Assembly (NCBI GenBank): GCA_017552715.1
Contig: JAFZOW010000129.1
Span: forward strand, 14,954-78,953
Length of the DNA stretch: 64,000 nucleotides
Reading direction: 5' to 3'
From: Lachnospiraceae bacterium
GTDB lineage: Bacteria; Bacillota; Clostridia; Lachnospirales; Lachnospiraceae
How positions within the stretch are numbered: the first letter of the stretch is position 1; each line of letters starts with the position of its first letter. A program made the translations under genes and the position numbers. The notes under the pieces are model-generated. The model was not told the origin of the DNA and did no database searches. It worked only from the letters and a program-made list of their open reading frames with translations. Of this stretch, positions 1-8,937 are shown piece after piece.

Positions 1-1384
1 TCACTCCTTCATCCAGATGTTCCTGATCGTCCATACCCCGGATAAAGCCGGAAATGCTCTTCTCCAGGCTGCCGATGGGAAAGACCAGATACTGCCCGGT
101 GGTGCGGACACTGAAGGCCAGGATGAGCAGAAGAAAACCGGAAAAGACCAGCAGGATGTTAATGGCAAAGCGTTTATAGATCTCCGTATAGTCCGGGAAG
201 CGGATCAGGATCTCCGCAAAGGCACTGTACCCCCCTTCGGTGATGCAGATCCTGCTCAGGTAGCTGTAATAACTCTGCCCCTCAAAGCTGATCAGCGTCC
301 CCTCCGATCCCTTCTTCCCTTCCACGATGGGCCCGATGAGCTCTTCATCCGCTGTGGTCTCGTTTCCGATCACCATCTGTTTGAAATGATCCTCATTGCT
401 GCTGAGGATCTCATATTCCTTATGATCCCGGACAAGAAAGATATCGATGGCTTCCAGCTCGTCACCGGAAGCACAAAGATCGAAGACCCTCCCCTTCAGC
501 TCCAGATAGCGGGGATTCCGACAGGTCATGGCCCTTCCGCCTTCCGCAAGAAAGCTTTCCAGATCCTCTCCCGTGAGGCCGGCTCCGATAAAGGCGCCTG
601 TATCCTTCGCACGTTCTTCCGCCTGTTCCTGCATAAAGGTAAGATACAGCCTGCAGCTGACCCAGCTTAAGATCAGGGTAATGGCAAGGGCCGCAGTGAC
701 CAGAAGGACCATCATGCGGCTGCGGATGGAAATACCGCCCTTCAGCCGGGAATTGATGCTCTGTATCTCACTCCGGTCGAGAGGCCGCTGTTTCCAGTTG
801 CTCTCCCAGAGCTTATCCCTCCGGTTCTTCGGGATCAGGTAATAGGGAACCAGGGCGCAAAAGAGGCACAGCCCCTTGTCCACCATATTGATCATAAGCA
901 GAAAAAGCAAAGAATAGAAATAATAGAATATGCCCCTGCCGCCGGCCAGGCTTTCGGCGGCCTCCGTCACAAAGTCAAACTGCGGCTTCCCCAGAAGCAG
1001 CAGCTGAAAGATCATCCCCAGTGCTCCTCCCAGAAAAGAGATGTGGAGAAGAAGGAAGAAAAAGTTGATCCTCCGCTTATCGTATTCCCTGTCCTTGAAA
1101 ATGGAAACGCTGATGGCGATCAGTACGGAAATGAGGGAATAACAGAGGGCATCCTCGTAGAAAGGGCTGCAGAGAAAGCTGCTGGCCACGGCTGTCATGA
1201 TCCCGGGATAAGCTCCGCCCAGAAGGGTTACAAAGACCGTGCCGATGGTATCCATATACAGGGGCAGCTCATAACGCCGCATCAAAGCAAAGAGCACAAC
1301 ATTGACTATCGTGCATCCTGCAACGCATACCACGCGTTCTATAGCATATCGCGTTTTACCCTTCCCCTGAAGAGGCTGCCTCAC
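1..1384 (-). CDS. multi-pass membrane sensor protein, N-terminal ~460 aa (the output domain lies beyond the left edge)
   Basis: Missing from the ORF track because it has no stop codon inside the window. The reverse frame is open from GTG at 1384 (AAGGAGA about 10 nt upstream) down to position 2. The translation shows several hydrophobic helices, a ~200-aa soluble segment, another TM helix and a linker (...VFPIGSLEKSISGFIRGMDDQEHLDEGV). The + strand ORFs 17..670, 528..842 and 1043..1465 are its shadows. Confidence 0.7.
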   Translation of the reverse strand, partial: MRQPLQGKGKTRYAIERVVCVAGCTIVNVVLFALMRRYELPLYMDTIGTVFVTLLGGAYPGIMTAVASSFLCSPFYEDALCYSLISVLIAISVSIFKDREYDKRRINFFFLLLHISFLGGALGMIFQLLLLGKPQFDFVTEAAESLAGGRGIFYYFYSLLFLLMINMVDKGLCLFCALVPYYLIPKNRRDKLWESNWKQRPLDRSEIQSINSRLKGGISIRSRMMVLLVTAALAITLILSWVSCRLYLTFMQEQAEERAKDTGAFIGAGLTGEDLESFLAEGGRAMTCRNPRYLELKGRVFDLCASGDELEAIDIFLVRDHKEYEILSSNEDHFKQMVIGNETTADEELIGPIVEGKKGSEGTLISFEGQSYYSYLSRICITEGGYSAFAEILIRFPDYTEIYKRFAINILLVFSGFLLLILAFSVRTTGQYLVFPIGSLEKSISGFIRGMDDQEHLDEGV

Positions 1385-1418
1385 CCCGGCCTGTCTCCTT
1401 TCAGCCTGATGTCTTTAC

Positions 1419-1497
1419 TGCGGCCGGGGGGACTTGAACCCCCACCCTTGCGGACCGGAACCTAAATCCGGCGCGTCTGCCATTCCGCCACGACCGC
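1419..1497 (-). tRNA. tRNA-Leu (anticodon UAG)
   Basis: The reverse complement reads GCGGTCGTGGCGGAATGGCAGACGCGCCGGATTTAGGTTCCGGTCCGCAAGGGTGGGGGTTCAAGTCCCCCCGGCCGCA. It has a 7-bp acceptor stem, a CCGGA/TCCGG anticodon stem with loop TTTAGGT, a long variable arm and a GGTTCAAGTCC T-arm. CCA is not encoded. Confidence 0.9.
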
Positions 1498-1502
1498 TCA
1501 GT

Positions 1503-1526
1503 GACACGGAAAATGCTTTCCGTGTC
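1503..1526 (-). terminator. perfect 10-bp hairpin directly after the GGDEF gene stop (terminator or processing hairpin)
   Basis: GACACGGAAA-atgc-TTTCCGTGTC starts 1 nt after the TAA at 1527-1529. No clear U-tract follows, and the tRNA begins 5 nt later. Confidence 0.45.
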
Positions 1527-2987
1527 TTAATCTTTTCCGCCTTCTCCTCCCAGCTCTTCCACTGCCAGGTCCGACATGAGCTGCATCAGGTTTTCGGAAT
1601 CCAGGATCTCTTCCGAGAAAGTGATCACCGTGGAGTTGTTCTCTTCCTCCTCTTCTTCGGCCAAAAGCTCACGATAGGAAGGCTGCTCTTCCCCGGGAGT
1701 GACCACCAGCTGGTTGCGGCCGTGTTCTTTTCCGAAGTAGAGCTTTCCGTCCGCCTCTTTGGTCATATCCTCGGCGCTGCGGGAAGGATCTCCTTCCACA
1801 AGTCCGATGGTCATGGTGATCTTTATGGTCTGCCCGCCGTGTACCACCTTGGAGGCACGGATACGGTCCAGGAAATCCTCCAGTATGGCTCCTGCCGTTA
1901 TCAGATCCGTATCTTCAAAGATCAGCAGGAATTCCTCACCGCCCCAGCGTACCGCAAAGCCCCGGCCGTTCATGGTTTCCTTCAGTTCCTTGGAAACATG
2001 CTTCAATACCGCGTCACCGGCATCGTGACCGTAGGTATCGTTCACCTTCTTGAAAAAGTCGATATCGCCTATGCACAGGCAGAAGGGTTCTCCCGTTTCT
2101 CTGGCGCTTCGCATGATCTTCTTGAGCCTTGCATCACCGGAACGCCGGTTATAGAGCGTAGTCAGGGGATCACATTCCACCAGGACCCGCACCGCATTCT
2201 GCATGCGCACGATATCCCCTCCGATCTCACCGATCTCGTCTCCCCGCTTTGTCACTTCATCGGGAAGCTCGTTGCTCAGCTTTCCCGCCACCATACGGGA
2301 CAGAAAAGCATGAATGGAATCCACTGCCGTAACAATGGAACGGGTATAGCGTATGCTGATGAAGCTGGCGATGAGCAAACCCAGGATCGTGATGATGCAG
2401 ATGGGCCGGAAGGCCACGGTGGTCTCCCTCTGCACTTCCTCCGCCGTGATGGCGGTACCCACCATACCGATGAGGCTGCCGTCGGAATTCAGGAGCGGCA
2501 CATAGCATACGTAATAGCTGTGCCCCTCCCCGATCTGCGTTCTGTATGTCAGAACGTTCATCTTGTTCTCCATATCCCGCATGATGGCGGGATGTACCCC
2601 GCTGCCCACATAACGGTTCCCGTTCTCATCCTTCAGGGTGGTAAGGATACGGGCATCCTTGTAAAACAGCGTGATATCCATGCCGCTGCTCTGCGAAATG
2701 GCATCGATATAGGTAAAGTCCCCCGTCAGTTCCTGCTCCCCTTTGTACAGGGAAGCCAGACTGCCCGCGGTGACCAGCTCGTAGTCCCCGGGGTACATGA
2801 GCTCATAGGCTTCGGCCACGGAACTGGCCACAGCCTCCAGGGAACGGTAACTCTCTTCCTCCAGAGAGGAGCGGGAAAAGATCATCGATACCACGATGAT
2901 CAGCGCACCCATGACCAGCATGGGGAGTATGGTACGCACAAGCACCGCCAGCTGCAGTTTTCCCATCTTCTCTTTTTCTACCTTCAT
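1527..2987 (-). CDS. diguanylate cyclase with N-terminal TM, extracellular Cache-like domain, second TM, HAMP-like linker and GGDEF domain
   Basis: 486-aa ORF. The C-terminal region reads DPLTTLYNRR...CIGDIDFFKKVNDTYGHDAGD...RWGGEEFLLIF, which carries the GGEEF active-site motif. Two hydrophobic segments flank a ~170-aa periplasmic region. RBS is AGGAGAAGG. Confidence 0.9.
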   Translation of the reverse strand: MKVEKEKMGKLQLAVLVRTILPMLVMGALIIVVSMIFSRSSLEEESYRSLEAVASSVAEAYELMYPGDYELVTAGSLASLYKGEQELTGDFTYIDAISQSSGMDITLFYKDARILTTLKDENGNRYVGSGVHPAIMRDMENKMNVLTYRTQIGEGHSYYVCYVPLLNSDGSLIGMVGTAITAEEVQRETTVAFRPICIITILGLLIASFISIRYTRSIVTAVDSIHAFLSRMVAGKLSNELPDEVTKRGDEIGEIGGDIVRMQNAVRVLVECDPLTTLYNRRSGDARLKKIMRSARETGEPFCLCIGDIDFFKKVNDTYGHDAGDAVLKHVSKELKETMNGRGFAVRWGGEEFLLIFEDTDLITAGAILEDFLDRIRASKVVHGGQTIKITMTIGLVEGDPSRSAEDMTKEADGKLYFGKEHGRNQLVVTPGEEQPSYRELLAEEEEEENNSTVITFSEEILDSENLMQLMSDLAVEELGGEGGKD

Positions 2988-3002
2988 CCTGTCCTTCTCC
3001 TG

Positions 3003-4568
3003 TCAGATGTAGACTGCCTTTTCTTCCCGGCGTGCAGCGGCTTCGGTGATCATCACCTCGCGCAGCTGCGGCATGGAAGGTACCTCATAGAGTACGTCGG
3101 CCAGAATATCCCGCACCACGGCATTCAAGCCTCTGGCGCCTATGCTCATCTCCATCACCCGGTCGATGATCACATCCAGGGCGGCATCCGTAACATTCAG
3201 GCGCACCCCGTCCTCCAGCTTCAGCTCCGTTTCGTAACGGGAAAGTATGGAATCCTCCGGCTCCGTAAGCACTCTCTTGAGCATTTCCCGGTCCAGGGCC
3301 TTCAGCACAGTCACGGCGGAAAGCCGTCCCGCCAGCTCCGGCTTCATGCCGTATTCGATCAGATGCTCCGTCTTTAAATGTACGCCGGTCATCTCAAAGT
3401 TCTCATCCGCTCCCACATCGCTGCCAAAGCCGATGCCGCTCTTGAGATAATCCTTCTTTACGATCTTATCCAGGCCCTCAAAGGCGCCGGCACATACGAA
3501 AAGTATGTTATCCGTATTCAGCAGGATGCACTCCTGCCCGCCGGATTTATCTCCCAGGGGCACATCCATATCCGTGCCCTCAAACATGCCCAGCAGCTGC
3601 CCCTGCAGTTCCTGGTTGATATCCCCTCCTTTGGAATAGAGCTTGGAGGGTATGATCTTGTCGAACTCATCACAGAAGACTATGCCGCATTCCGTGAGTT
3701 CCTGATCCTTCCCGGCTTTCAGATAGAGGTTTAAAAGCGCCTCCTCCTTGTTCCTTCCTTTCCAGGGCGTGGCCACCACACCCGAAAAATCCGTGATCAC
3801 CACAGGCACAGGCACCAGCTCCGAGATGCGCCGGATCAGCTCCGTCTTGCCGCAGCCGGAAGGTCCGATCATCAGCACATTGGTCTTCAGCAGATGCTCC
3901 TCCGGATGCAGTATACGCAGGAAATGGTTATATACCGCCGTGGAAAGCAGGACCTTGCTCTCTTCCTGCCCCAGCACAAAACGGTCAAGATACTCCTTTA
4001 TACGCCGGGGTGTATACTCCCGTACAAAACGTTCGCAGGCCGTATGGAAGGCCGAAGACGTATTCCGGTTCTTTTCCTTTTTCCTTTCGGGCATACGGAT
4101 GTTCCGCGCCCGGTTCTGCTGATAGCGTACCCGGCAGACCGCCAGCAGTCCCAGTTCCGAAAGAGCCTCTTCCCCGTCACCGTCCTTGTGCAGCTCATAT
4201 TCCATGAAATCGAAGAGTTCGTCGATATCCTCGTTGGCCAGCTCCTGCTCCAGACGGCGTGCGTTATAGAAGATCTCGTCCTCCGGCGCTTTGATGGCCG
4301 CTTCCCGTATGATGGCCCAGAAAGGAGTCCGGTAGCCTTTCTCCTTATAACTGGCCCCCATGAGCTTCAGCACGCTCTCGATATTGTGTTCCGCTGCGGG
4401 ACGCATGCGGAAAAGATAATGCATGAGTACACGCAGATAAGCCGCATCCGTATCCGGTGCGGACAGCTCTCCCCCCTCCCTGCGATAGGCCTCCAGATGG
4501 TCTTCCAGGAAGATGGCATATTCTGCGTCGTTTTTACAGCGAAATATCTCCTTTATGCTGCTCTGCAT
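3003..4568 (-). CDS. ClpX-family AAA+ ATPase paralogue A, with no zinc-binding domain and a novel ~200-aa N-terminal region
   Basis: Motifs present: Walker A MIGPSGCGKT, Walker B IVFCDEFDK, IGF loop KSGIGFGS, sensor-2 IGARGL, and the ClpX-like C-terminal block ELAGRL...LTEPEDS. Pore-1 GYVG is replaced by TPWKGR. The ORF track starts at 4574 (MKMQ...). The ATG at 4568 has better GGAG spacing (7 nt). Confidence 0.85.
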   Translation of the reverse strand: MQSSIKEIFRCKNDAEYAIFLEDHLEAYRREGGELSAPDTDAAYLRVLMHYLFRMRPAAEHNIESVLKLMGASYKEKGYRTPFWAIIREAAIKAPEDEIFYNARRLEQELANEDIDELFDFMEYELHKDGDGEEALSELGLLAVCRVRYQQNRARNIRMPERKKEKNRNTSSAFHTACERFVREYTPRRIKEYLDRFVLGQEESKVLLSTAVYNHFLRILHPEEHLLKTNVLMIGPSGCGKTELIRRISELVPVPVVITDFSGVVATPWKGRNKEEALLNLYLKAGKDQELTECGIVFCDEFDKIIPSKLYSKGGDINQELQGQLLGMFEGTDMDVPLGDKSGGQECILLNTDNILFVCAGAFEGLDKIVKKDYLKSGIGFGSDVGADENFEMTGVHLKTEHLIEYGMKPELAGRLSAVTVLKALDREMLKRVLTEPEDSILSRYETELKLEDGVRLNVTDAALDVIIDRVMEMSIGARGLNAVVRDILADVLYEVPSMPQLREVMITEAAARREEKAVYI

Positions 4569-6021
4569 CTTCATTCTCCGTGATATACCGGGGTTCCGCC
4601 CCCTCCGTGATCACATCCGTATCGATCACGATGCGCCGAAGATCTGCCATATCCGGCGCACGGTACAGTACTTCCTTCATACAGCGCCCCAGGATGGCCT
4701 GAAGCGAACGGGCCCCCGAGGGGCTCTTCAGCGCTTCGGCCGCAACGGCCCGCAGCGCATCCTCCGTAAACACAAGCTCCGCGTCGCAGGAGAGTCGGAG
4801 CTCCCGCTCGTAACGGCGCAGCAGGCTGTCCTTGGGTTCCGTGAGTATACGGAGCATATCCTTCTCCGTAAGGGCTTCCAGCACGGAAATGCTGCTGATT
4901 CGGCCTGCCAGCTCCCGCTTCATGCCGTATTTCATCAGCACCTCATGATTGATATTGCGTCGGACGAACTCCACGTCCATATCCTTCACCAGAGGCGAGG
5001 TAAAGCCGATATGCCCGGAGATCTTGCTCTTCTCCCTTTTATCGGCCCGTATGAACTCATCAATGCCCTGAAAGGCTCCGGCCAGGACAAAAAGTATATG
5101 GGAGGTATCCAGAAGCAGGCTGTGGCCGTCGCACTTAAGCTCCACTTCACTGCCCTCCAGCATGGTCAGAAGCTGGGCCTGCACATCGTCATGGATGTTC
5201 ACTCCCCTCTCCGATATGGCAGGCAGGAGCAGTTTATCGAATTCGTCCATAAAGACGATGCCGTTTTCCGCCAGGCTCTTCTTCCGCCCCGCTTCCTCGT
5301 ATAGCTCCAGGAGTATATCCTCCTTATGCCGGCCCCTGTACTGACTGGCTCCCAGAGAGGACACATCCGTAAATACCATGGGATGATCCGTGATCTCCCT
5401 TATCCTTCGCATGATCTCGGTCTTGCCGCAGCCGGAGGGCCCTATGAGGAGCACCACATCCGGTGCAAAACGCACGGAAGGATGGCGCACCCGTTTCCCG
5501 TGGCCGTATACCGCGGTACTCACGGCACGCTTTGCATCCTCCTGGCCGATGACATAATCGTCCAGATAGGCCTTTATCTCTACGGGAGTCTTTCGTTCCT
5601 TCTTCTCTTCGGTACTGCTTTCGGAAAAGTATTTCCGCTTAAGGCAGAGGATACGGCCCAGGATCAGCTTTTCCCGCTCGTTGGAACTTTTGTCCGTGGC
5701 ATGACGCAGGGTGTCCGCCTCAAGGAATTCCAGGATATAGGCGGCCCGCTCCCCGAAGATCTCCCGGCTGTAGGCCAGATCCTCCTCCAGTTTATCAAGG
5801 ATACGGGGAAGGGAACGCAGCTCCGGAAGGATACGTTTATCATCCTTCACTCGGAAATAGAGCATCTCCAGATAGCCCAGAGCATCCACATCCGCCTCTT
5901 CCGGATCGCACACCAAAACAAAGCGCTCCAGAATGTAGCGGCTCACTTCCTCCGATTCGTCAGCATGGGTCTGCCCCGGTTCGGCCATTATCCTTTCCAT
6001 TACACGGTATATATTGATCAT
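4534..6021 (-). CDS. ClpX-family AAA+ ATPase paralogue B, with no zinc-binding domain and a distinct ~165-aa N-terminal region
   Basis: Motifs present: Walker A LIGPSGCGKT, Walker B IVFMDEFDK, IGF loop SGHIGFTS, sensor-2 SGARSL, and ELAGRI...LTEPKDS. The pore-1 position reads SQYRGR. Its 3' end overlaps the start of paralogue A by 35-41 nt. Confidence 0.85.
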   Translation of the reverse strand: MINIYRVMERIMAEPGQTHADESEEVSRYILERFVLVCDPEEADVDALGYLEMLYFRVKDDKRILPELRSLPRILDKLEEDLAYSREIFGERAAYILEFLEADTLRHATDKSSNEREKLILGRILCLKRKYFSESSTEEKKERKTPVEIKAYLDDYVIGQEDAKRAVSTAVYGHGKRVRHPSVRFAPDVVLLIGPSGCGKTEIMRRIREITDHPMVFTDVSSLGASQYRGRHKEDILLELYEEAGRKKSLAENGIVFMDEFDKLLLPAISERGVNIHDDVQAQLLTMLEGSEVELKCDGHSLLLDTSHILFVLAGAFQGIDEFIRADKREKSKISGHIGFTSPLVKDMDVEFVRRNINHEVLMKYGMKRELAGRISSISVLEALTEKDMLRILTEPKDSLLRRYERELRLSCDAELVFTEDALRAVAAEALKSPSGARSLQAILGRCMKEVLYRAPDMADLRRIVIDTDVITEGAEPRYITENEDAEQHKGDISL

Positions 6022-6060
6022 ACAGAGTTTATTTTACCTTTTTTCGGGCGATCATGCAAG

Positions 6061-7782
6061 CTACCGCCTTCTTCTCGCTCTCCTGTCCAGCTCGGCCTGC
6101 ATCTCGTCCAGAAAATCCTGGGGCTGGCAGGCTTCATAGTCTGCCATATACGCCTCCCAGTCGCTGTCAAAATCCTTGCTCATGACCAGTATGGGAAGCC
6201 ACAGGTGCTTGGTCTCCCCCATCTTTGTCCAGGCTATCCCTCCGGCAGTGGATGTCCCTATGGTATTGGAATAGGACCACATGGGAAACCAGGGCTTGTT
6301 CTTTTCATGTACCGATCCGATCATGTCCGGATAGGATTCCGCCCCGTAGGCCGCAAAGCACTCCGCCAGGGGCTTTGCCAGACTGTTCATGAATTCCGAG
6401 GGCTGCTCGCTGGGAAAGTTGGCATTTTTCCCGTCATCGCTAGTGCCGCCGTACTGGGGAAGGTATTCATACATGCACAGATGGTTTCTCTTGTAGGAAG
6501 GGTCGGAAACCTTGCTGCGCATCTCATCGGTACGGTAGTAGATCCCTTCCTCGTCCACCAGATAGTCTATCCCTTTGACTCCCCAGAAGCGCAGGTCGTG
6601 GATCTCCTGATCCAGCATGGCATTCAGGAAGGAAAAAGCCAGATCCGGATCGGAACAGGCTGTGGTGACCGCCACCCCGGAGCTGACGTTCAGCGTATCC
6701 CCGTAGGTGTGCCAGCGGTTATCCATGCCTTTGTCGATGGTAAGCCCCAAAGGCACGTAGTTACAGCCCTTCTCGTCCAGGCCGTTCTGTTTCAGCACAT
6801 CATTGATATCCTGGAAAGCCCAGTACTGGTCACACATTCCCAGCACGGAGCCGTCGGAAAGCTTGGCGATGTATTCGTCACTGCTCTGGGTGGCGAACTC
6901 CGGGTCTACGAAGCCCTTTTTGTATTCCTCGTTCAGCTTGGCCAGATAGCGCCTTGCGGTGTCGGTGGTATTATAATCCACGATCATGGGGTGCCGGGGA
7001 TCGGTTCGGTAGTCCACGATCACGGTACCGTCGTTGGGATAGCCGTCCAGGAACTGGGGGGCATTCTCTATACAGAAGTATCTCCAGCCGTCACAGAGAC
7101 AGGTGTAGGCGATGGGCGCCTTCATCTCGCCCCCGGCGCATTCCACCAGAGGATTGGCCCTTACATAACGTTCCAGCAGGTTAAAGTACTCATCCAATGT
7201 CTCTATGGTAGGATAGTTGGCCCAGGCCAGCACCCTGGCCTGTACCCAGAAAGCTTCGTCGTTATGGATGGTGGCCGTGGATTCCCCCTTGGTCTTCTGG
7301 AAAACATTGCACCAGTAGATATGACCGTCGGGCTGGCGGAACTGATCCCACTCCGCCTCAGTATAATAAGAGCTCAGATTGGGATAATCCCCGCTCTCCA
7401 GATATTCATCCCAGGGGATCAGCGCCCCCTCTTCATACAGGATCGCACTGCCGTCGCCGCCGTCGATCAGGTCCGGATATTTTCCGCTGGCGATGATGCC
7501 GCGGATGGCATCCAGCTCCTCCTCATCCCCCAGCCAGGATTCCTTTAAGCGTACCCCGGTCTTCTGGGCGATGATCTCCTGGATCTCGTTCCCCTCATTG
7601 ATGTATAAGCCCTGCATGGCGCCGAAAAAGCTGAAATCAACGATCCCATCCTCCTTAAGGGGGATGGGTGTCGGCATCGTTTTCTGCGCTGCTCCGCTTT
7701 CCGCCGTCTTCCCGCATGCAGCAAGCAGGATGGTCAGAAAGACACAGCACAGCAGGCGTTCTTTTGTTTTCCGGGATCTCAC
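6061..7782 (-). CDS. large extracellular solute-binding lipoprotein (ABC family-1 SBP, LplA-like)
   Basis: 573 aa with a lipoprotein signal (...LTILLAACGK). Its size and composition are typical of the ~570-aa SBPs that accompany YesM/YesN systems. No permease genes are adjacent. Confidence 0.8.
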   Translation of the reverse strand: MRSRKTKERLLCCVFLTILLAACGKTAESGAAQKTMPTPIPLKEDGIVDFSFFGAMQGLYINEGNEIQEIIAQKTGVRLKESWLGDEEELDAIRGIIASGKYPDLIDGGDGSAILYEEGALIPWDEYLESGDYPNLSSYYTEAEWDQFRQPDGHIYWCNVFQKTKGESTATIHNDEAFWVQARVLAWANYPTIETLDEYFNLLERYVRANPLVECAGGEMKAPIAYTCLCDGWRYFCIENAPQFLDGYPNDGTVIVDYRTDPRHPMIVDYNTTDTARRYLAKLNEEYKKGFVDPEFATQSSDEYIAKLSDGSVLGMCDQYWAFQDINDVLKQNGLDEKGCNYVPLGLTIDKGMDNRWHTYGDTLNVSSGVAVTTACSDPDLAFSFLNAMLDQEIHDLRFWGVKGIDYLVDEEGIYYRTDEMRSKVSDPSYKRNHLCMYEYLPQYGGTSDDGKNANFPSEQPSEFMNSLAKPLAECFAAYGAESYPDMIGSVHEKNKPWFPMWSYSNTIGTSTAGGIAWTKMGETKHLWLPILVMSKDFDSDWEAYMADYEACQPQDFLDEMQAELDRRARRRR

Positions 7783-7797
7783 TCCTATGACCTTTCC

Positions 7798-8937
7798 TTA
7801 CGTCTCCGCATGATCCCTCCGGTATTTCGAAGGGGTGCAACCCATCCGCTCGATGAACTTCTGAACAAAATAATCACTGTCCTTGTAACCCACATCCTCG
7901 GCAATACGGATGATCTTTCTGTCGGTACGGATCAGCAGCTTTACCGCCTCACTGATCCGGCAGTCCGTAAGATAATCCTTGAAGGACATGCCGTATCTCT
8001 TCTTGAAGATCTGTCCGAGATAAGCGTTGTTGATAAAGTATTTCTGACTCATCTCCCGCAGGCTGATGTTCTCCGCATAGCGGGTACGTATCTCCTTTTC
8101 CACTTCCTGCAGTATCCCTACCCCCGCACTCTTTCGCAGCTGGGAGATATACTCCGCATATTCGCGGCAGAAACGCTGCATATAGGTGCTGCTCCCGCTG
8201 ATCAGGCTCTCTTCAAAGGAACTCTCACCGATAAAGCCCATGATCTCTTCCTGGTTCACCTCGTCGTCCTGGGCGCTGGCCAGATGGATCAGCTGGAACA
8301 GGAGATAGCTGATGTTGAAATTGATGATCTCTTCCGAAAGGTTCTTTTCCCTTGTTTCCTGGTAGAAAGCATCAACATATTTATCGATACGTGCCGGGTC
8401 GTTTTCCTCGATGGCCCGGGTAAGGGCATCCAGATTGTCCTTGCAGATGATGTGCTGGTTCGAGCCCCCTTCCCTGTCGTAGGCGCCGATCAGGTGGGTG
8501 ATGTAGTTCCGGTCCATATAGCCCTTTTCCAGCTCGCTGCGGCGGGCCTTATCCACACGGCGTTCCTCCAGCAGCTGGCGTATCCTGCGCACCACCGTCA
8601 GGAGCTCGTCCCGGTCCACGGGCTTTACGATATAATCCATACAGCCCAGACGCAGGGCGGTCTTGGCATATTCAAATTCGTTGTAGCCGCTCATGATGAT
8701 AAAAAAGGCATCCGAGATCATATCCTTTTTTACCTTTTCCAGCAGCTGAAGGCCCGAGCATTCGGGCATACGGATATCCGTGATGATCAGATCCACCGAT
8801 TCCCCTTCCAGAAAACGAAGGGCTTCGTTCCCGTTTTTAACACTCCCGACGATCTCGCAGCCTTCGGCGGCCCAGTCGATCAGGATCTTAAGGCCCTCCA
8901 GTATAAAGGGCTCATCGTCCACCAACAATACTCTCAT
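7798..8937 (-). CDS. response regulator with AraC-type HTH output (YesN-like)
   Basis: Receiver domain MRVLLVDDEPFILEGL...DLIITDIRMP. The C-terminal AraC HTH reads ...YLGQIFKKRYGMSFKDYLTDCRISEAVKLL...VGYKDSDYFVQKF. Confidence 0.9.
   Translation of the reverse strand: MRVLLVDDEPFILEGLKILIDWAAEGCEIVGSVKNGNEALRFLEGESVDLIITDIRMPECSGLQLLEKVKKDMISDAFFIIMSGYNEFEYAKTALRLGCMDYIVKPVDRDELLTVVRRIRQLLEERRVDKARRSELEKGYMDRNYITHLIGAYDREGGSNQHIICKDNLDALTRAIEENDPARIDKYVDAFYQETREKNLSEEIINFNISYLLFQLIHLASAQDDEVNQEEIMGFIGESSFEESLISGSSTYMQRFCREYAEYISQLRKSAGVGILQEVEKEIRTRYAENISLREMSQKYFINNAYLGQIFKKRYGMSFKDYLTDCRISEAVKLLIRTDRKIIRIAEDVGYKDSDYFVQKFIERMGCTPSKYRRDHAET

Noticed and set aside
17-1465. + strand ORFs 17..670, 528..842 and 1043..1465 at the left edge.
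   Set aside because: The opposite strand carries a continuous open frame to the window edge, with an RBS and membrane-protein features. The + ORFs have no motifs and overlap each other.
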